Source: Yuukianura sp. NJ FZ-2021
Lineage: Eukaryota
NCBI GenBank assembly: GCA_046563655.1
Contig: CM102284.1
Location: 2,542,001 to 2,606,000, forward strand
Length of the DNA stretch: 64,000 bases
Direction of reading: 5' to 3'
Made by a program: the position numbers and the translations under genes. The stretch's first letter is position 1. Each line of letters opens with the position of its first letter. The notes beneath the pieces were generated by a model. That model was not told where the DNA came from and made no database searches. It saw only the letters and a list, made by a program, of their open reading frames with translations. This document shows, piece after piece, positions 11,924 to 25,407 of the stretch.

Positions 11924-14260
11924 TTACTTTTTCCGCAACCATATTTGTATATATGCGCAGAAGTTGAGGAACCCAAATTCGGAAAATGACATGCTAACAG
12001 TAAGTCTATCTTTCAAACGTGGTTTGTTCAAAATTGAGACAAACCTTTTTCTGTTACACGATGGAATTATTTCTACTACACCAACTGCAATTATCATTGC
12101 GACTCCGGCAGCATACAAGTACACAACTTCCATCTTAATCGCAAGAGGCGCGACTTCGCTACTCGTTTGATTTTTTCGAACAATATCCAATGCCTTTCCC
12201 CACTTTTCTGGATAGTGTTTGGTCCAATACTTGTTACAAATTTGGTAAATTCCAGATTGCATTATCCTCTGCATTCTACTGTAAAAGTACTCCGTGTTCC
12301 AATCTTGAAACACGAATACAAATGGTTGCCCAAATGCCTCTTCTAAACCTGTAAAAAATTTGACTTCTTTGGATTTGTAATTGCTGTACTCAATAAATGT
12401 GTTGATAACTTCGTTGTTTTCCAGCAGGGCAACTTGATGACAAGTTGACACTTTTGTGTAAACGTCTGTTGCATTTTGAAATTCTGTTGTGTACAATAAC
12501 TTTTCCGGAAGTCTGCCTCGTTTGTCTTTTTCAACATCATGCCTAACAAGCACATAAAAGTTGTGCATGTCAGTCATTTTAGTCATTCCATAAGACAATG
12601 CCATTTCCTGAATTTGAGCACAATTATTAAACACTTGACGAATACTTTCAGATTTATAGAACGCAGTGTCAGCTGAAGCATTTGACAAGCACGGGCGGTA
12701 ACCCGGAGTGCCAAAGTCAATTTGGTAAGAACGTGCTCCGTAGAACGTAGATGCACCAAATACCAGAGCATCGGTGAACTCCTGCGGCGCGTGAAATTTG
12801 ATATCCTTCATTTCACGGTAATATTTAAATGGTACAACAGCCTGAATTCGTACAATTTGATCAACTGCCCACCAGTTCCGGTATAAATTTGTAACAAAGA
12901 AGGCTTGAATTCCCCACATCCCAACCAAAATGCGGTAAATTCGATGCAGTGTATCACTTGAAATGATTTCAGCATTTGGATCTGGAGCAGTTTCAAGTAA
13001 CGTGCCGATTGTGATGGCCCAAATGTTGTACAAAAAATTCCAGGGATGCAGGCGTGGTTTTGAAGTTTTTTTGAAATATACGACAATAAATACAAATGGC
13101 AAAATACATAGTATTACGAGGTAAGCAATCCAATAGCTAGCTTCAAAGGGAGAATGGTACATATTAAATGACAAGATTTTCTCAGTTTTTGAACAGATTG
13201 CAAAATTCCAACTTGAAAATTTGTACATTACCATCCGAGTTTGTCTGTTTAATGGCTCTAACATCGACATTCCTTTAGACCTGAACAATCCCGTTCCTTT
13301 AAATAGAGTTTCCCAAATTATTGCAAACGAAGCAGCTGGACTAGGCTTTGAACTAGAATTCTTGAAATATACAATATCTTCGAAAAGAAGTTTGAACATC
13401 ATTGCGTTCATTGTGTAATGCTTTTCAAATCTCTTCGGTTTCTCAAATGGTGTTTCCAAGAATTCTTTGATGTTGTTAATATTTTGTCCCCTTTCTTTTT
13501 TGAAGATCTTTTGTGATCTTCTAGGCGGAATGATCTTTCCAACTTGTTGCAAAAGCATGCGGAAAATATACTCCACCATTTGAAACGAATAGCGATACCT
13601 CCCGGTGACGTTCTTGTTTGAGCTTGGCACATGAACTCCAACTGAGTTCCATGAAACTCGGGCCGAGTGAATTCGCAACTCAGAAACTCCATTTTGCGCA
13701 GTTGCGATTTCGATAATGTTCAAAATAATAAATTTTCTCTCAATCTGAAGATGGTACGCACCTGATGGTGGGCGATAGAATTTATTATGAGGGTACGTCT
13801 GACTGTGAAATGAAAATAACAAAATGAATGACGGAAATTCATTGCGCAGGCCCTTAGGGTCAAGATAGCCAACTCTTGTATGAATAAGTTCCTCCAGTTC
13901 CTTGACTGCGTTCAATTTAGCAGGAATCAACAGAAATAGCCGACAAAACGCACCGCGTCTTCGCCGTACGATTGCCTTGGGTGGTGGCTTTCGACTTCTC
14001 CTAAAATTGAGTTGGAGAAAGAAAGCTGAAAGTGGATATGCCAAGGAATCGAGTTGGACATCAGCCAACTGAAAAGATTCAAAATACAATTGAATGTCAC
14101 ATGATTGCAGAGGCTCCAGTAGTAGATTCAGATCCAGATATAAGTTTCTGTTTATTTTTGTTCCTACTGATCCAATACGTTGCGCAAGTGAAAATACTTG
14201 GAAATGGAGTACAACAATACTTAGAATGAGCACAAAGCGAAAAAAGGTAGTCACTTCCAT
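11924..14260 (-). CDS. Divergent ionotropic receptor (iGluR-related IR family), intronless, 778 aa
   Basis: N-terminal signal-like segment; SPF..YW before M1; RILVGMW..FFVTNLY (M3); RIMQSGIY..W (end of S2); C-terminal TM. This is the motif order of arthropod divergent IRs. Confidence 0.75.
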   Translation of the reverse strand: MEVTTFFRFVLILSIVVLHFQVFSLAQRIGSVGTKINRNLYLDLNLLLEPLQSCDIQLYFESFQLADVQLDSLAYPLSAFFLQLNFRRSRKPPPKAIVRRRRGAFCRLFLLIPAKLNAVKELEELIHTRVGYLDPKGLRNEFPSFILLFSFHSQTYPHNKFYRPPSGAYHLQIERKFIILNIIEIATAQNGVSELRIHSARVSWNSVGVHVPSSNKNVTGRYRYSFQMVEYIFRMLLQQVGKIIPPRRSQKIFKKERGQNINNIKEFLETPFEKPKRFEKHYTMNAMMFKLLFEDIVYFKNSSSKPSPAASFAIIWETLFKGTGLFRSKGMSMLEPLNRQTRMVMYKFSSWNFAICSKTEKILSFNMYHSPFEASYWIAYLVILCILPFVFIVVYFKKTSKPRLHPWNFLYNIWAITIGTLLETAPDPNAEIISSDTLHRIYRILVGMWGIQAFFVTNLYRNWWAVDQIVRIQAVVPFKYYREMKDIKFHAPQEFTDALVFGASTFYGARSYQIDFGTPGYRPCLSNASADTAFYKSESIRQVFNNCAQIQEMALSYGMTKMTDMHNFYVLVRHDVEKDKRGRLPEKLLYTTEFQNATDVYTKVSTCHQVALLENNEVINTFIEYSNYKSKEVKFFTGLEEAFGQPFVFVFQDWNTEYFYSRMQRIMQSGIYQICNKYWTKHYPEKWGKALDIVRKNQTSSEVAPLAIKMEVVYLYAAGVAMIIAVGVVEIIPSCNRKRFVSILNKPRLKDRLTVSMSFSEFGFLNFCAYIQIWLRKK

Positions 14261-15481
14261 TTTCTCTTTTCACAAAGCGTCTGACATATAGATAGTTCCT
14301 GCAAAAAACAAAGGCATAACCACTTAAAAACTAGGATGCTGAAGTTTACTCTAAATTAATTTACTCATTATGTATTGGACTTTATATAAAAAAAATTGTT
14401 CGACACGAGCAAATATGTGCAATAAACACCAGCCACAAAATTCTAGTTCTGATTATTATTTTAAAATTAATTAATTTGATGAGGGAAATTAATTCCAAAA
14501 AGTGCTTTTTTAATGTGTTCGTGTTTGTCGTGATATCACAGAAAGGTGTCAATTCTTTTGGTTAATGTAGTAAGTTCATGTATACGAAAATCGATTGTCC
14601 TCGATACTCCTGTGAAGCTGAAAAGTTTTACAGCTAACTAAATTTGTTTAGAATCGACAAGACTTGTGGAGTTCTACAAACGTTGAGCTTTTAGTACGAC
14701 AAGAAGAAAGAAATGAAAAATTGTAATTGAAAAATGAAAAGTTTGTACTTTCTTTAACACAAAATCAGTTGAGTCAACCCATAAATGTAAAACTTTAAAA
14801 ATAGTGGTAGAAGGGAGCAAAAAAATTAAAGGGCAGAATTTCGCACGTCCTCTTGGGTGCTCAGGATGTTTATGTCAAATGCTTCCAAGGACAAGCAATG
14901 TTAAGTTACTCATCCTCTCGTGCAGATCTACTCGACCAGGAAAATATAATATTTATCCAGTTAGTAACAACCCATTGAGTCGCACGACTTTAGTTGTCTT
15001 TGTCTTAACTAAAAGTGAGCTTTAAAGGAGCAATTACACAATTTAGTTGGTTTAGTTAGTAACAATTTTAATCAATATAAAATTATATATAAAACTAATT
15101 AAGTTGTTTACACAATTACTAACAAAGCTTTGTTTCATAGAGCCGGTTAAGCGGAATTGAAAATTCATTTGAAATTCATTTAAAAAAGAATTGGAGTGCC
15201 GAAGTTCTCGCGTCTATAAACAACTTAAAATTTTTTGTAGCCGTAAGTTTACACAAAAGGAAAAACATAAAAGTTGTGTAGGTTTAAAAACTTTAAATGA
15301 AATGTGTTTTGCTTAGAAACTTGAATATTTACTTTACTATAAAATCTGTATTTACTATCAACTGCACTTTGGGCGGAAACTCAAAATTCAAAATTACAAC
15401 ATTAACAACAATCACATTTCGCGCCAATTTTTTGTATTGTACTAATTCCAGTTTTTACTCTAATTTTCTACTTTCAGAGAA

Positions 15482-15997
15482 ATGGACGAAGAAGCAATTA
15501 ATTTGCTTGGCGGTAGACGCATCCCGCCCGTTCCACTGCCGATCACATTCTGTACCTCTATTATCGGTTTTTGTGTTTCGATTGCTTGTATTGCCATTGG
15601 CTCAATTTACCAGGACGAGAAAAATTGTCCCGCCAGTCCCCAATTGGCAAACATCCTCATCACCTTGGGAATCTTAGCAATTGCATCCAGCACATACGAC
15701 ATCTGGAACAAAGCACGGGAAGAAGGTGATAATGAAAACCCATGCTGCAAATGTAGTGTTACTCTCCTGCGATTGGTCCATTTTGGATTTTTTATTTGGC
15801 TGTGCGTCGCTGCCTTTGGTTTGGCTGCGCATGTCAAGTACGACCCATATCCAGTTGTGCCTGGACAAGCCAACTACTACTGCAACGCTACACTGTTCCT
15901 ATTCGCTTATTGGTTCATTCTAGCTACCGTCATCATTCTCGGAGTCTTCTTCTTTTGTTTTTGCTGCGCCTTAGTGTGCCTCTCTCTCGCCGCTTAA
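15482..15997 (+). CDS. TMEM272-like small 4-TM protein (paralogue 2)
   Basis: 171 aa. Shares SIACIAI..CPA and NYYCNATLFLFAYW with 899..1387 and has a Cys-rich C-terminal tail. An acceptor (tttcag) lies just upstream of the ATG. Confidence 0.72.
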   Translation: MDEEAINLLGGRRIPPVPLPITFCTSIIGFCVSIACIAIGSIYQDEKNCPASPQLANILITLGILAIASSTYDIWNKAREEGDNENPCCKCSVTLLRLVHFGFFIWLCVAAFGLAAHVKYDPYPVVPGQANYYCNATLFLFAYWFILATVIILGVFFFCFCCALVCLSLAA

Positions 15998-17261
15998 AGT
16001 TAAATTTGCAAAAATTCTGCAAAAAGAATATGTTTTTTTTAAACCAAAAATAAGTTTCTCATTTGATACATTACCAATAACTTCTCTATCGCTACATTTT
16101 TAAATCCAATTGAATTATCACATTGTTTACTTGTTTTTTTAACGTTGATATATGGGAAGCCATTAGGTATTTAGTTTTGCTCAGTTCGAAATTCGAGTCC
16201 TTAATCTGTAAATTCGTCATGTCTATTCCAGTGTTGTTTAAAAGACCTAATAAATTCAGTTCCAAGAACCAAAAATTATGTAATACTTGATAGCTATTGA
16301 ATAAACGGAACTTAAATTTTTAACTTTTAGACGGACAAGTAGGAACTATATTTCAGTGTTATCAGTTAAGACTGCGTCTCAGAATTTGATTCCAGGAACA
16401 GAAGACGATTGTTAGGTACTATTTGGCTGTATAATAATGTTTCAAATGTAACTTTAAACCTTAAATGCACCAAAGTACCTACATCATTTTGGACGAGTAA
16501 TGAAAAAGCAGTTTCAAATATTTATTGCGATTCAATAACCCAAAAAAAAACAATAATAGTTCTGATCTGTCGTAAATGCAATGGTGGCGACATTTTTGAA
16601 AGTTTAAGGGAGTTGCGAAACAAAAAGTTGCTTCCAAGAAATCACTTTTCAATAAAACTACAACCAAAATTTAGAAGACGGCCACCCATATTACACAAGC
16701 TCCTCTAATTTTTTTTACTTTGTTTCATGTTCAGACTGATGTGGGTTTTACAGTCAAAGCTCATTAAATTACTTCACAACTCCCCATGGGAATATAAAAA
16801 AATGCAACTTATGTAAATACTCTGGCGAAATTTTTTCCCCACTTCACAAAACTGATATAGTAGTATACACTAGATTTCTTGTTAAGAACTCTGATACGCT
16901 AACCTAACGCTTTGAAACAGCTGAGTTTTGTTTTAGATCGTCTTGTTTTTTAATTTTTTTTGTTGAATTTCAACAAAACCAGATCATAATACAAGCAAAA
17001 TTCTTCATTAGTTACTTAATTTAAAATTTTTTGAGTTAGTTCTTAAATGAACTAGTGTTTACTTGGCATCGGCAGTATTTGCACTTTAAGGAAATATACT
17101 GCGTCCATCAAATGAAAATTTTCAAACGAAATTGAAATTTGGAAAAGAGTTTGAACCAGGATGATTATAGCTTGTTCCGTGAGCATTCGAATCGACCAGT
17201 GTTTTCACACAACAATGCATACTGTATAGACAGACATAGAAAATTTGCATCATACAAAGAA

Positions 17262-17914
17262 ATGGTAATTTCGTTAGCCAAGCTAAAGTAAATACAAGTT
17301 TCGAACAGCATTTTCTAACTGCAAAAACTATTTTCTGAAATTATTGCCGCGATATTTAGATTCGTTTCATTTTGATTTTGCAGGAAACTGACGAAACGTT
17401 GGCACTTCTTGGACGACCAATCAACAGTCCGTCCTTACCACACACTGCGCATTCCCCGATCTATTCCCCGGCGTTGCATTACATCCGACTGTCATTCACT
17501 ATTCTGATCCATGTAATCGTAATTGTTGGTCCTTTAGCGTCTCTTGTAATTGGAATAACCCACAAGGACTGCCCAGCCGATCCACTCCTAAGAAGTCTTC
17601 TTGGTGCTATGGGAATTCTAGGAATGTTGGTGAATCTTTATGATGCGACGTTACGCATGTCACAGACAAATGACGTTGAAGATCAAAACGACTTCAACTG
17701 CATCGTGGACCTAGTTCTTAAACCAGCGCATCTATTCTTTTTCGTATGGCTCTGCGCCCGTGTCCTTACGCTTGCTCCTTATGTCAAATACGACATCTAC
17801 CCCGTTCCTAAGGGTGAAGTCAACTTTTACTGCGACGCTACACTGTTCGTCTTTTCGTACTGCTTCATGGTTGCCTACGTCATTGCTCGTACGGCAATAT
17901 TTTTAATGTTTTGA
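17262..17914 (+). CDS. TMEM272-like small 4-TM protein (paralogue 3); exons 17262..17264, 17384..17914
   Basis: An ATG|GTAATT donor splices in frame to ttttgcag|GAA. Shares DCPA, APYVKYD.YP and NFYCDATLFVFSY with the other paralogues. Confidence 0.65.
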
Positions 17915-18456
17915 TGAATAATAAAAATAAAAATAATATTATGCCTCCCTATAATTTAGATTTAAATATTGTAATCTTTCAACTTGGATATTGCATCTTA
18001 TTCACTCAGAAAATTGCTGGACGATCAAACTTTTGAAAATTGAACAAAATTGGTCATGTAAACGTGAGCAATGGAGGTTCTACAAAAAGGAAATTCCCGC
18101 CTTTTTTTGAAACTTGTTCACTTTACCCCGATTTCACCGTAGCTCCAAAATACCTTTAAACTGCAAGCAGAGTACCACAAACATCCATTTTTTGTCCCCA
18201 CTTTTACTAATTTACTCACTTACTTATTACTTAATAATTAGACGATAATTAATTAATTTTGAAGCAACTCCAGCCTAATAATAAATAAAAGAGACTTTCA
18301 TACTGTGCATATACATTTTAAAGGCATGCTCAACATTCCTTAATACCTAACACTCTTTTACATATTCGTGTAAAAGTTACTATTAAATTATAAATGATGT
18401 ATTTTAAACTTAAATGCCTTTTTAGGTCAACTTCAATTCAGAATGTACGTGTATTG

Positions 18457-21400
18457 TTACCACACTCTGCAAAGTTTACCACCAGCTTTAAGTGAATTGT
18501 GACTAGAATTAGGCGGGCAATTCCACGTTGAATAAAACTCTTCAAAATTTTGAAGCGGCCCTTTGACCCTAAATTCGGGTGGACTGTGTCCGTCAGTCAG
18601 CATGTTGTGCTGAAGTGTCTCTGTTGTATATGCCTGGCATTCCATCTACAAAGAAAAGACATAAAAGCATACTAATTTTGAGTAAAGTTGTGAAACTTAT
18701 TGCAAACCTGTGCAAAGTATATAAAGAACAGTTGCATCGGCGTATAAGCTTCGAGTCCAGGCAATTGTCGTTCGATTCCCGCCCGTTGAGTGTACAATTT
18801 GTACGCAAGGAAGGCTTGTCTCAATCCAGCGTTGTCTGCAATATTCTCATTCAGTGTCAAGTCGCCATCGACCTGAAACATTCCACTTTTGTAAACTTTT
18901 TCTGTTGAAGTATATTGCAAAAGTTCAATTTTTCATGTAGCACAAAACTGAAATTTTGACTCACATGCCAAAGTGAACCACCAAAATTTACTGTGTAATT
19001 GGAGTATTGATCAATAAAACACTGCGACCGCTCCGTATAAGAGTTCCAAGTTTTGGGTTCCAGCCAGTGATGATAATTTCCTTTAGCATCATACTGGAGT
19101 CCTTTAAACAATATTGAAACTTTAGCACGAAAACTGACCATGATTAGGTGAAGTCCTGCTGCTCATACTCACCTGTGTAATCGTAACCATGTGACATTTC
19201 ATGTCCAATGGTGAATCCTAAAGCAGCATAGTTCAGAACCCTGTATTAAAAATAATTTCAATCTAATTTGCTAGGTGTCAGAATTTTTTTTTTAATTTTT
19301 TTTTTCATAATAAGTAATTTTTGTCATAATTTACTGCATTGGCATCCGAAAAAACGGTGGTTGAAGTAACCCAACAGGAATATCTATAAAGTGAGAATAA
19401 TGAATAATTCATTATGAACACAAGGGCAACTAATGGTGTCTTGTATGAATCAGACTCTACGTATTTCGTTATTTTCGTAGGAGTGGTAAGCGTTGATCTC
19501 CGTCTCCATCACCGAAAATCTGTTCAAATTTTTTTAAACAAATGAAGTGAGTACGACTTCAGAAATCGTGAATTCAAATCTGCTCAAACACTAGAACCGA
19601 AAGTTTCGGTCCGAAACCAGAGATTTTCTTCTAAATTTTTCCAAACAAATTTCCAAACCTTACCCAGCAAGATTATCTCCAAGTCCAAGCTCTTCACTCA
19701 ACTCAACTGTTACGCTCCACTGAAGAATTTGAAGATAATTGGAAAAATGGTTACTCCCTGGTTTCAAATCTGGTAGATTTTTGTAAAATTCTTCCAGGAC
19801 AAAAATATCAAGGAATCCTACACGTTGTCCTATAATTGCGTTCATTTTGGCTAATTTGTGGAGCGCCATTTCGTGTGTTTTGAAATCCAACCAATCCAGA
19901 CGCCTCAACATATGACCAAACGCTTCCCTCAAATCGGTGAGTAGAATTTCAAACTATACAAAAAGAAAGTTTAAAAAGCACCAAATGCAAATAGGGATGC
20001 CGCCGTTTCTGTGTAAAACGGAAAACGGAACGGACATTCCGTTTTTTCCGTTTTCGTTTTTTGAATTTTCTGAAATGGTACTTTACGTTTCGTTTCCTTT
20101 TTCGAAAAAAAAACTAAAATCAAAAAAGGGAAACCATAAAAACCAGGGGAAATGCCTACTTTTGTGCCTCCTGTACTGAAATTTTGGGAAATTAAAAATT
20201 GCATTTTAAAATTATAGCCCACTCTAGCAATTTTGACCACATTTGGAATGATATAAAGTGTATTTTCGAAGGGCAGAACGTGAAGTTCAAGTTTTGCGCT
20301 TCCAAAATACACTTCTTTCACACTCAACCGTTTTTCCGTTTTTCAACCGTTTTTTTCCTTCCGTTTTCGTTTATCTGTTTTATGACCGTTTCCGTTTCCG
20401 CTTTACAGCCTAGCGTTTCGTTTCGTTTCCGTTTTTTGCTAAAAACGGAAACGAAACGCACGGAGGCAACCCTAAACGCAAATGCTCAAAACTTTCAGCA
20501 ATATAATGTGCTTCACACTACAGTTTTTATAAAAATGAAAATTTTTACATGACGAATATTGTCTTCGGCAAAGTATTTCTGCATGTAGCGTGTTGATACT
20601 GTAGCACCCAGTAGAGAGGATGTTGTCTCTACGCAGGCGTGCCATCTAAGTTCAGAATTTTTGTAATTTATAACAAAAAGTTGAGAAATCGAGGTGATAA
20701 TATTTTAAAAAAATTTTTTTTTGGTTGTACTGAAATACCTGGGTGGTGGTAATTGGAGTCCTGTTGTCGCTTTCTCATTTTCAAAAAAAATTGCACGCAA
20801 CTTGCCGCTGGATTCTTTACCCAAATCCTGGATTATGCGCCACTTTAAGTAGTTCACTGCGGTACATAAAAAAAACGCACAAAAGTTGTACGATTCAAAT
20901 TTCAGCTTTATAAAATTTTAATAATATCCCATTAATGTTACCAATATCTCGTCCGTTGTAGTCTACGTTCAAAACGGTTCCTAGTTGCTGAAAGTAATTC
21001 AAATCGACAACCGCAATTTCAAACACAGTTTTGTTTGGAGAAGTCGTTCTGTTTGTTGCGGCAAGTCGAAACGTTTGATCAAAAAATGTGTCCCAATCAA
21101 GTGCCTTAAAGTTCAAGCATTTTATATATAATTTTTTTTCAAAAACAATTTCTTGGATATAATTGTAGCAGTTACGGTTTCTTCTCTAGTTAGGTTTTTC
21201 AATTCATCCAATGTCATTTCTGTATGCATTGAAGAATAGTTCATTCGAGAATGATCAGGGGTAGAAATCTATAAAGCAAACCGGTATGTCCGTGAGTATG
21301 ACCTAAGGTCACGTAGCATATTTCTTACCTTGGCCATGGCCATTTCCAATTTCAAGATATCGTTTGCAATTTTTTTGGCTCTTGCATCTTCGGTTGAAAA

Positions 21401-22608
21401 AACAACTTTCCAAGCTGAAGCAATTAATTTTAAGTAATATTGGCGCTGCTTAGTGTATATCGGATCTCTCAAGAATGTTGCAGAAATTCCAAATTCTGGT
21501 TGGTCCAACTTTGAAAACAAGAAGTTCTCTAAAGTTTGTCAAAGCGCAAAGGCAGAAATCAAGAAGCTTACGTAAACAAAGGTGCTGCTGTTGTTGTCTT
21601 CCAAAAAAGATTGCAGTTTGAGGCCAAAGATGTAATTTCCACCAATTTCTCGCCTGATGTTGGCTAAGATCGTGGTAAAATTTGACAAAATGAAACTGTC
21701 ACTTGTGCCAACTAAATGCTCAATTGTAGCCAAAAGTTCCAGATTTTTGTCATCAGCAGAGGAGTCTATACAAAATCGCAAAAAAAAATTGTGCCAAAGT
21801 GATCTTCGAAGGAGCATTTTTCTTTGCATAAATTTAGTTGTTAGTTTTACTTTGGGCGACGCATGCGCTGTAAAATTTTCGGGCAGTCATAAATGAGCGA
21901 GTCATCTTCGTCCCAGGTTCGACGCCTTCTTCCAAAATGTCTACCAAAATGTCCCCATTGTCCATGTGCAAATCTTTGACTTTCAATATAAAATTTATAT
22001 TCCACTCTTAGTTTTTCTTACCTTTGACCCGTTCATTAACTTTTTCTTGTGAAATTATAAACTGGCCCCACTCTGTCATGGTTGCGGGAATAGGATTTTC
22101 TTTGAGCCAGGTTCCACATGCAAATTTGTAAAAATCTTCACACGGATTGACGTCTGTTTCCATTTTTGACAAAATTGAACCGGCAACTTCAACACATGTT
22201 GGATCCTTGCATGGTTTTTCTGTAATTTTAATTAAAAAAAATCATTTACATGCATTTCAATGTTCAACTAACAGTGTTAAATGAAGGTTTCACTTCCGTT
22301 TAAAACTCAAAAACAATCCAAATTCAACCAAATACAAACAGTCGAAGATTGTTTATGTGTCTAAAATTGCAAATTTTTACAATCTTACTCTGAATAGCCA
22401 GGATGGCCACTGCCACTGCCAATCCAATTGCTACCAGAAGTGTCAAAAACAATGCAAATCCCAGACACTGTGACTTTCTGCTCCATCGGTTATCTTTGAG
22501 TGACCCCGGTGACACTGCCAGCCCAAACCGATTTTCACTTCCGAATTCCGGAAGTTCTTGGCTAAACCCATATGAACGTGGAAGTTCCATTGAACCAGAA
22601 CTACGCAT
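18457..22608 (-). CDS. M13 zinc metallopeptidase (neprilysin/ECE-like), type II membrane protein, many short exons
   Basis: N-terminal TM anchor; NPCEDFYKFACGTW (~22110-22150); INAYH; zinc motif GHEMSHGYD (~19180-19206); ENIADNAG; HSPPEFRV; C-terminal CRVW. Not every internal exon boundary was resolved. Confidence 0.92.
19992..20474. mobile_element. hAT-like MITE (483 bp) in a neprilysin intron
   Basis: TIRs tagggatgccgccgt / acggaggcaacccta (13/15 match). 8-bp TSD aatgcaaa (19984-19991) / aacgcaaa (20475-20482) with one mismatch. Subterminal AAACGG/CCGTTT repeats at both ends. Confidence 0.82.
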
Positions 22609-25407
22609 TATGACGCCAAAGTTAAACTAACGTTGAATTTTCAATCGACAAACACCCACGGCACAACAACTACAATTGTAATTAACACTAAAGGCCAAGC
22701 TATTTTTGAATGAAATCCGAAGCTGAAAGGATATCCGTTTTCTTCAATTGAATTAATTTCAGTGTGATTAGTTTTAACTTCAAAATTAAACTAAAGCATC
22801 TATACTACTTATTCCTAGCAGTCTTCGTTTCTTCTTGAGTTTTGTATCGAACTAGACCGTAACGTCTACGTTTTAGCATGAAGAGGCCTATATTAGGTTT
22901 TGGTAACTCGAGTACTAATGCCCACTTTTCATAAACAAATGATTTCCTGGACGTGCATTAACTAATATTCGACACAGTGTCACGTCCATTACTTAAGTTA
23001 GAAAGGCGTTTTCTGACTCATGCCTCCGTTATTCTTAACTACCCGATGTCCTCTCTCTATTCAATATTATTACTTTTTATGCTGACACACTATTGACATC
23101 AACGAAATACAATCTGTGTCAAGTTCCAATCAATGAACTTAATCTTGCTTCTTAGACAACATGTAATAACTTTAAACAGTTCTTGGACACTTAAATCAAT
23201 CTTCATAATTTAACAAAACTCGATGTGTCATTAAAAGTGTTGAAAGAGGTCATTTGTTTATTGGAACTGGTGATTAAGAGCATGATTTGATTTATTTAAC
23301 CGAATAGTAACCCTGATTAAAAAAAAAATGTTTTTTTAAAAAACAATTTCAGTATACTCACTGATTCAAAACTCAAAATGGATAATTAAAAAGTTGAACT
23401 TTGAAACACAAAACAGAAACAGAGGCTAAACCGAAATTATTTTCCGGCAACAAAAAGAAATATCAATCCAACCAAATATACGCGTTTTTTGGCAGGTTTT
23501 AAATTTGAGTTTTAATTTTTGAATTGTCAAATTCTATAATTTTTTTTCCATTTCAAAAATTACGAACAACGTAGTAAATGAAACATAAGAATGAGACATG
23601 AATTTTGTGAATTTTTTCGAGCGATTTTTGCTTTATTTCCTTTTTAAACACATCAAATTGGTGCTCTGTGATTGGATTCGAACAAATTGAAATGATTCAG
23701 GTTGCGATTATTATTCAAACTAAAATTATTAAAGTTTAGTATTAATTTTTAATTAACTTCCGGATTAATTGACACTAAGCAAAAGCAGGGTAATGGCATA
23801 AGCGGAGCTCATGTCGAGGTGTTAAAAGAAACGTTAGCACATCAGGCTGAATTTGATGCTTAACATAAACCCAAGTTGAAACATCCAATGGATCGCTCGA
23901 GGATTAAGGTATTCTTAATTTACCAACAAAACGCTTAAACTACAACGAATTAAAGTGTGATAATTGAGTAAACTTGATTGAGTAAAATCATGTTTATATA
24001 AAGATACTGCTTTGTAAACCGTTTTTAGATTTCAAGTCTCGAATTTTCAATGGAGGCTGAGGCTTTAGAAATTAAATTTAAATAATATTTTGGAAATTTT
24101 GTAAGATTTTTTTTTTCCGTTTTCCGGACTTCGCATCTTTCTCTCCATCATCTCATCAGAAGTTCCTCATATTGGAAAATTTGACACTGTGTAAATAAAT
24201 GAAACCACCCACACTAAATCTTCACACTTTTTTCATCTCAGCGGAAAGGATTTTTCTTGTCTCCATCCCCTTTCTGTGCTGAAACATTCTTACAATTTTC
24301 AAATTATACAATGTAAGAATCCGTTTTTACTTCCAATTTAACTTCTAATTGCTAGAGTTGAGATTTTTGTATACTTTTTAATTTCTCGATGCTTCTGAGA
24401 ATATGACAGCATTCAACAAAATCCATGCGTGTGCGCCGTAGTTTCTCCGACTAAATCAAAAAACAAGATTCTACAGTTTCCGTCTGTTTCTCTTTCTCTT
24501 ACGACATGTGCGGCTCTAAAGTAAACAAGATCATGTGAAAGCTATTTTCTGACTTTCGGTGGTCAATCCATAAACCCCATGGCCCGCCATGTCATTTGAG
24601 GTTTCACCCCTACTGTTGATGTTCTAATGCTGAAGTCACTCACTAGTCATCGTTACAAAGTACAACATCACCAAGCGCCTGCGTCATTGCCCAGTAGTAA
24701 CCATCTTCATCAGTAGTAAAACAGCCAAACTACTCAGACACTCAAAATAATCTGAAAAAAAATCTTTGAAAGCGTTTTCGCACCTCCGCCATCGACTTCA
24801 CTTTTCCAGATTCTATCTACGGCACCGGAAGATTAAAAAGCTTCCATTTGGTAAAATAAGAAGTTAAAAAATTAAGAAAAAAGTAAAAAGTTGAAAAAAC
24901 TTAAAAAGCGCAAATTCAAAATTGCGAGTATTTGAAAACTTGAATTTTGACTTTGTGTTTCGGTTTTAACCCTTAGTCAACGTTTGTTTGACTTTTCAAA
25001 ATTTTGATACCACGGCTGTCGAACAAGCAGTGTCCTTGTGTGTCACGATTACGATTTTCATCCCCTCGTTCTGTATTGCACAATTGAAGTGAAGTGGTCT
25101 TTCTAGACCAATTTAGATCCACTTTATCCTGACCGTGTTCACCCTAATAACATCTCATACTAGCATCAGAAGCTTCACTTTAAGCTTATTCTGGATATCC
25201 CACACACAGTTCTCCAGAGGCCAGAGGTCACGTGATAACCACAGACTTCAGTCGATCTGTCATAGGATGGGAACAAGCGTTTTCTGTCACTGGCCCAAGT
25301 CAAGTCTGCATTCATTCTCTTCCCAGTCGCCCATCCCTGTCGAATCAAAGGAGACGAACTCTGAAGTGCTTATACCTGGAAGAGGTCAACGACCTTTGGC
25401 AGTGACC

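Noticed and set aside
19937-20552. K/F-rich ORFs on both strands
   Set aside because: They derive from the MITE's subterminal repeats.
22700-25400. Long non-coding stretch between neprilysin and the bHLH gene
   Set aside because: Probably regulatory or UTR sequence, but no specific element can be supported from sequence alone.
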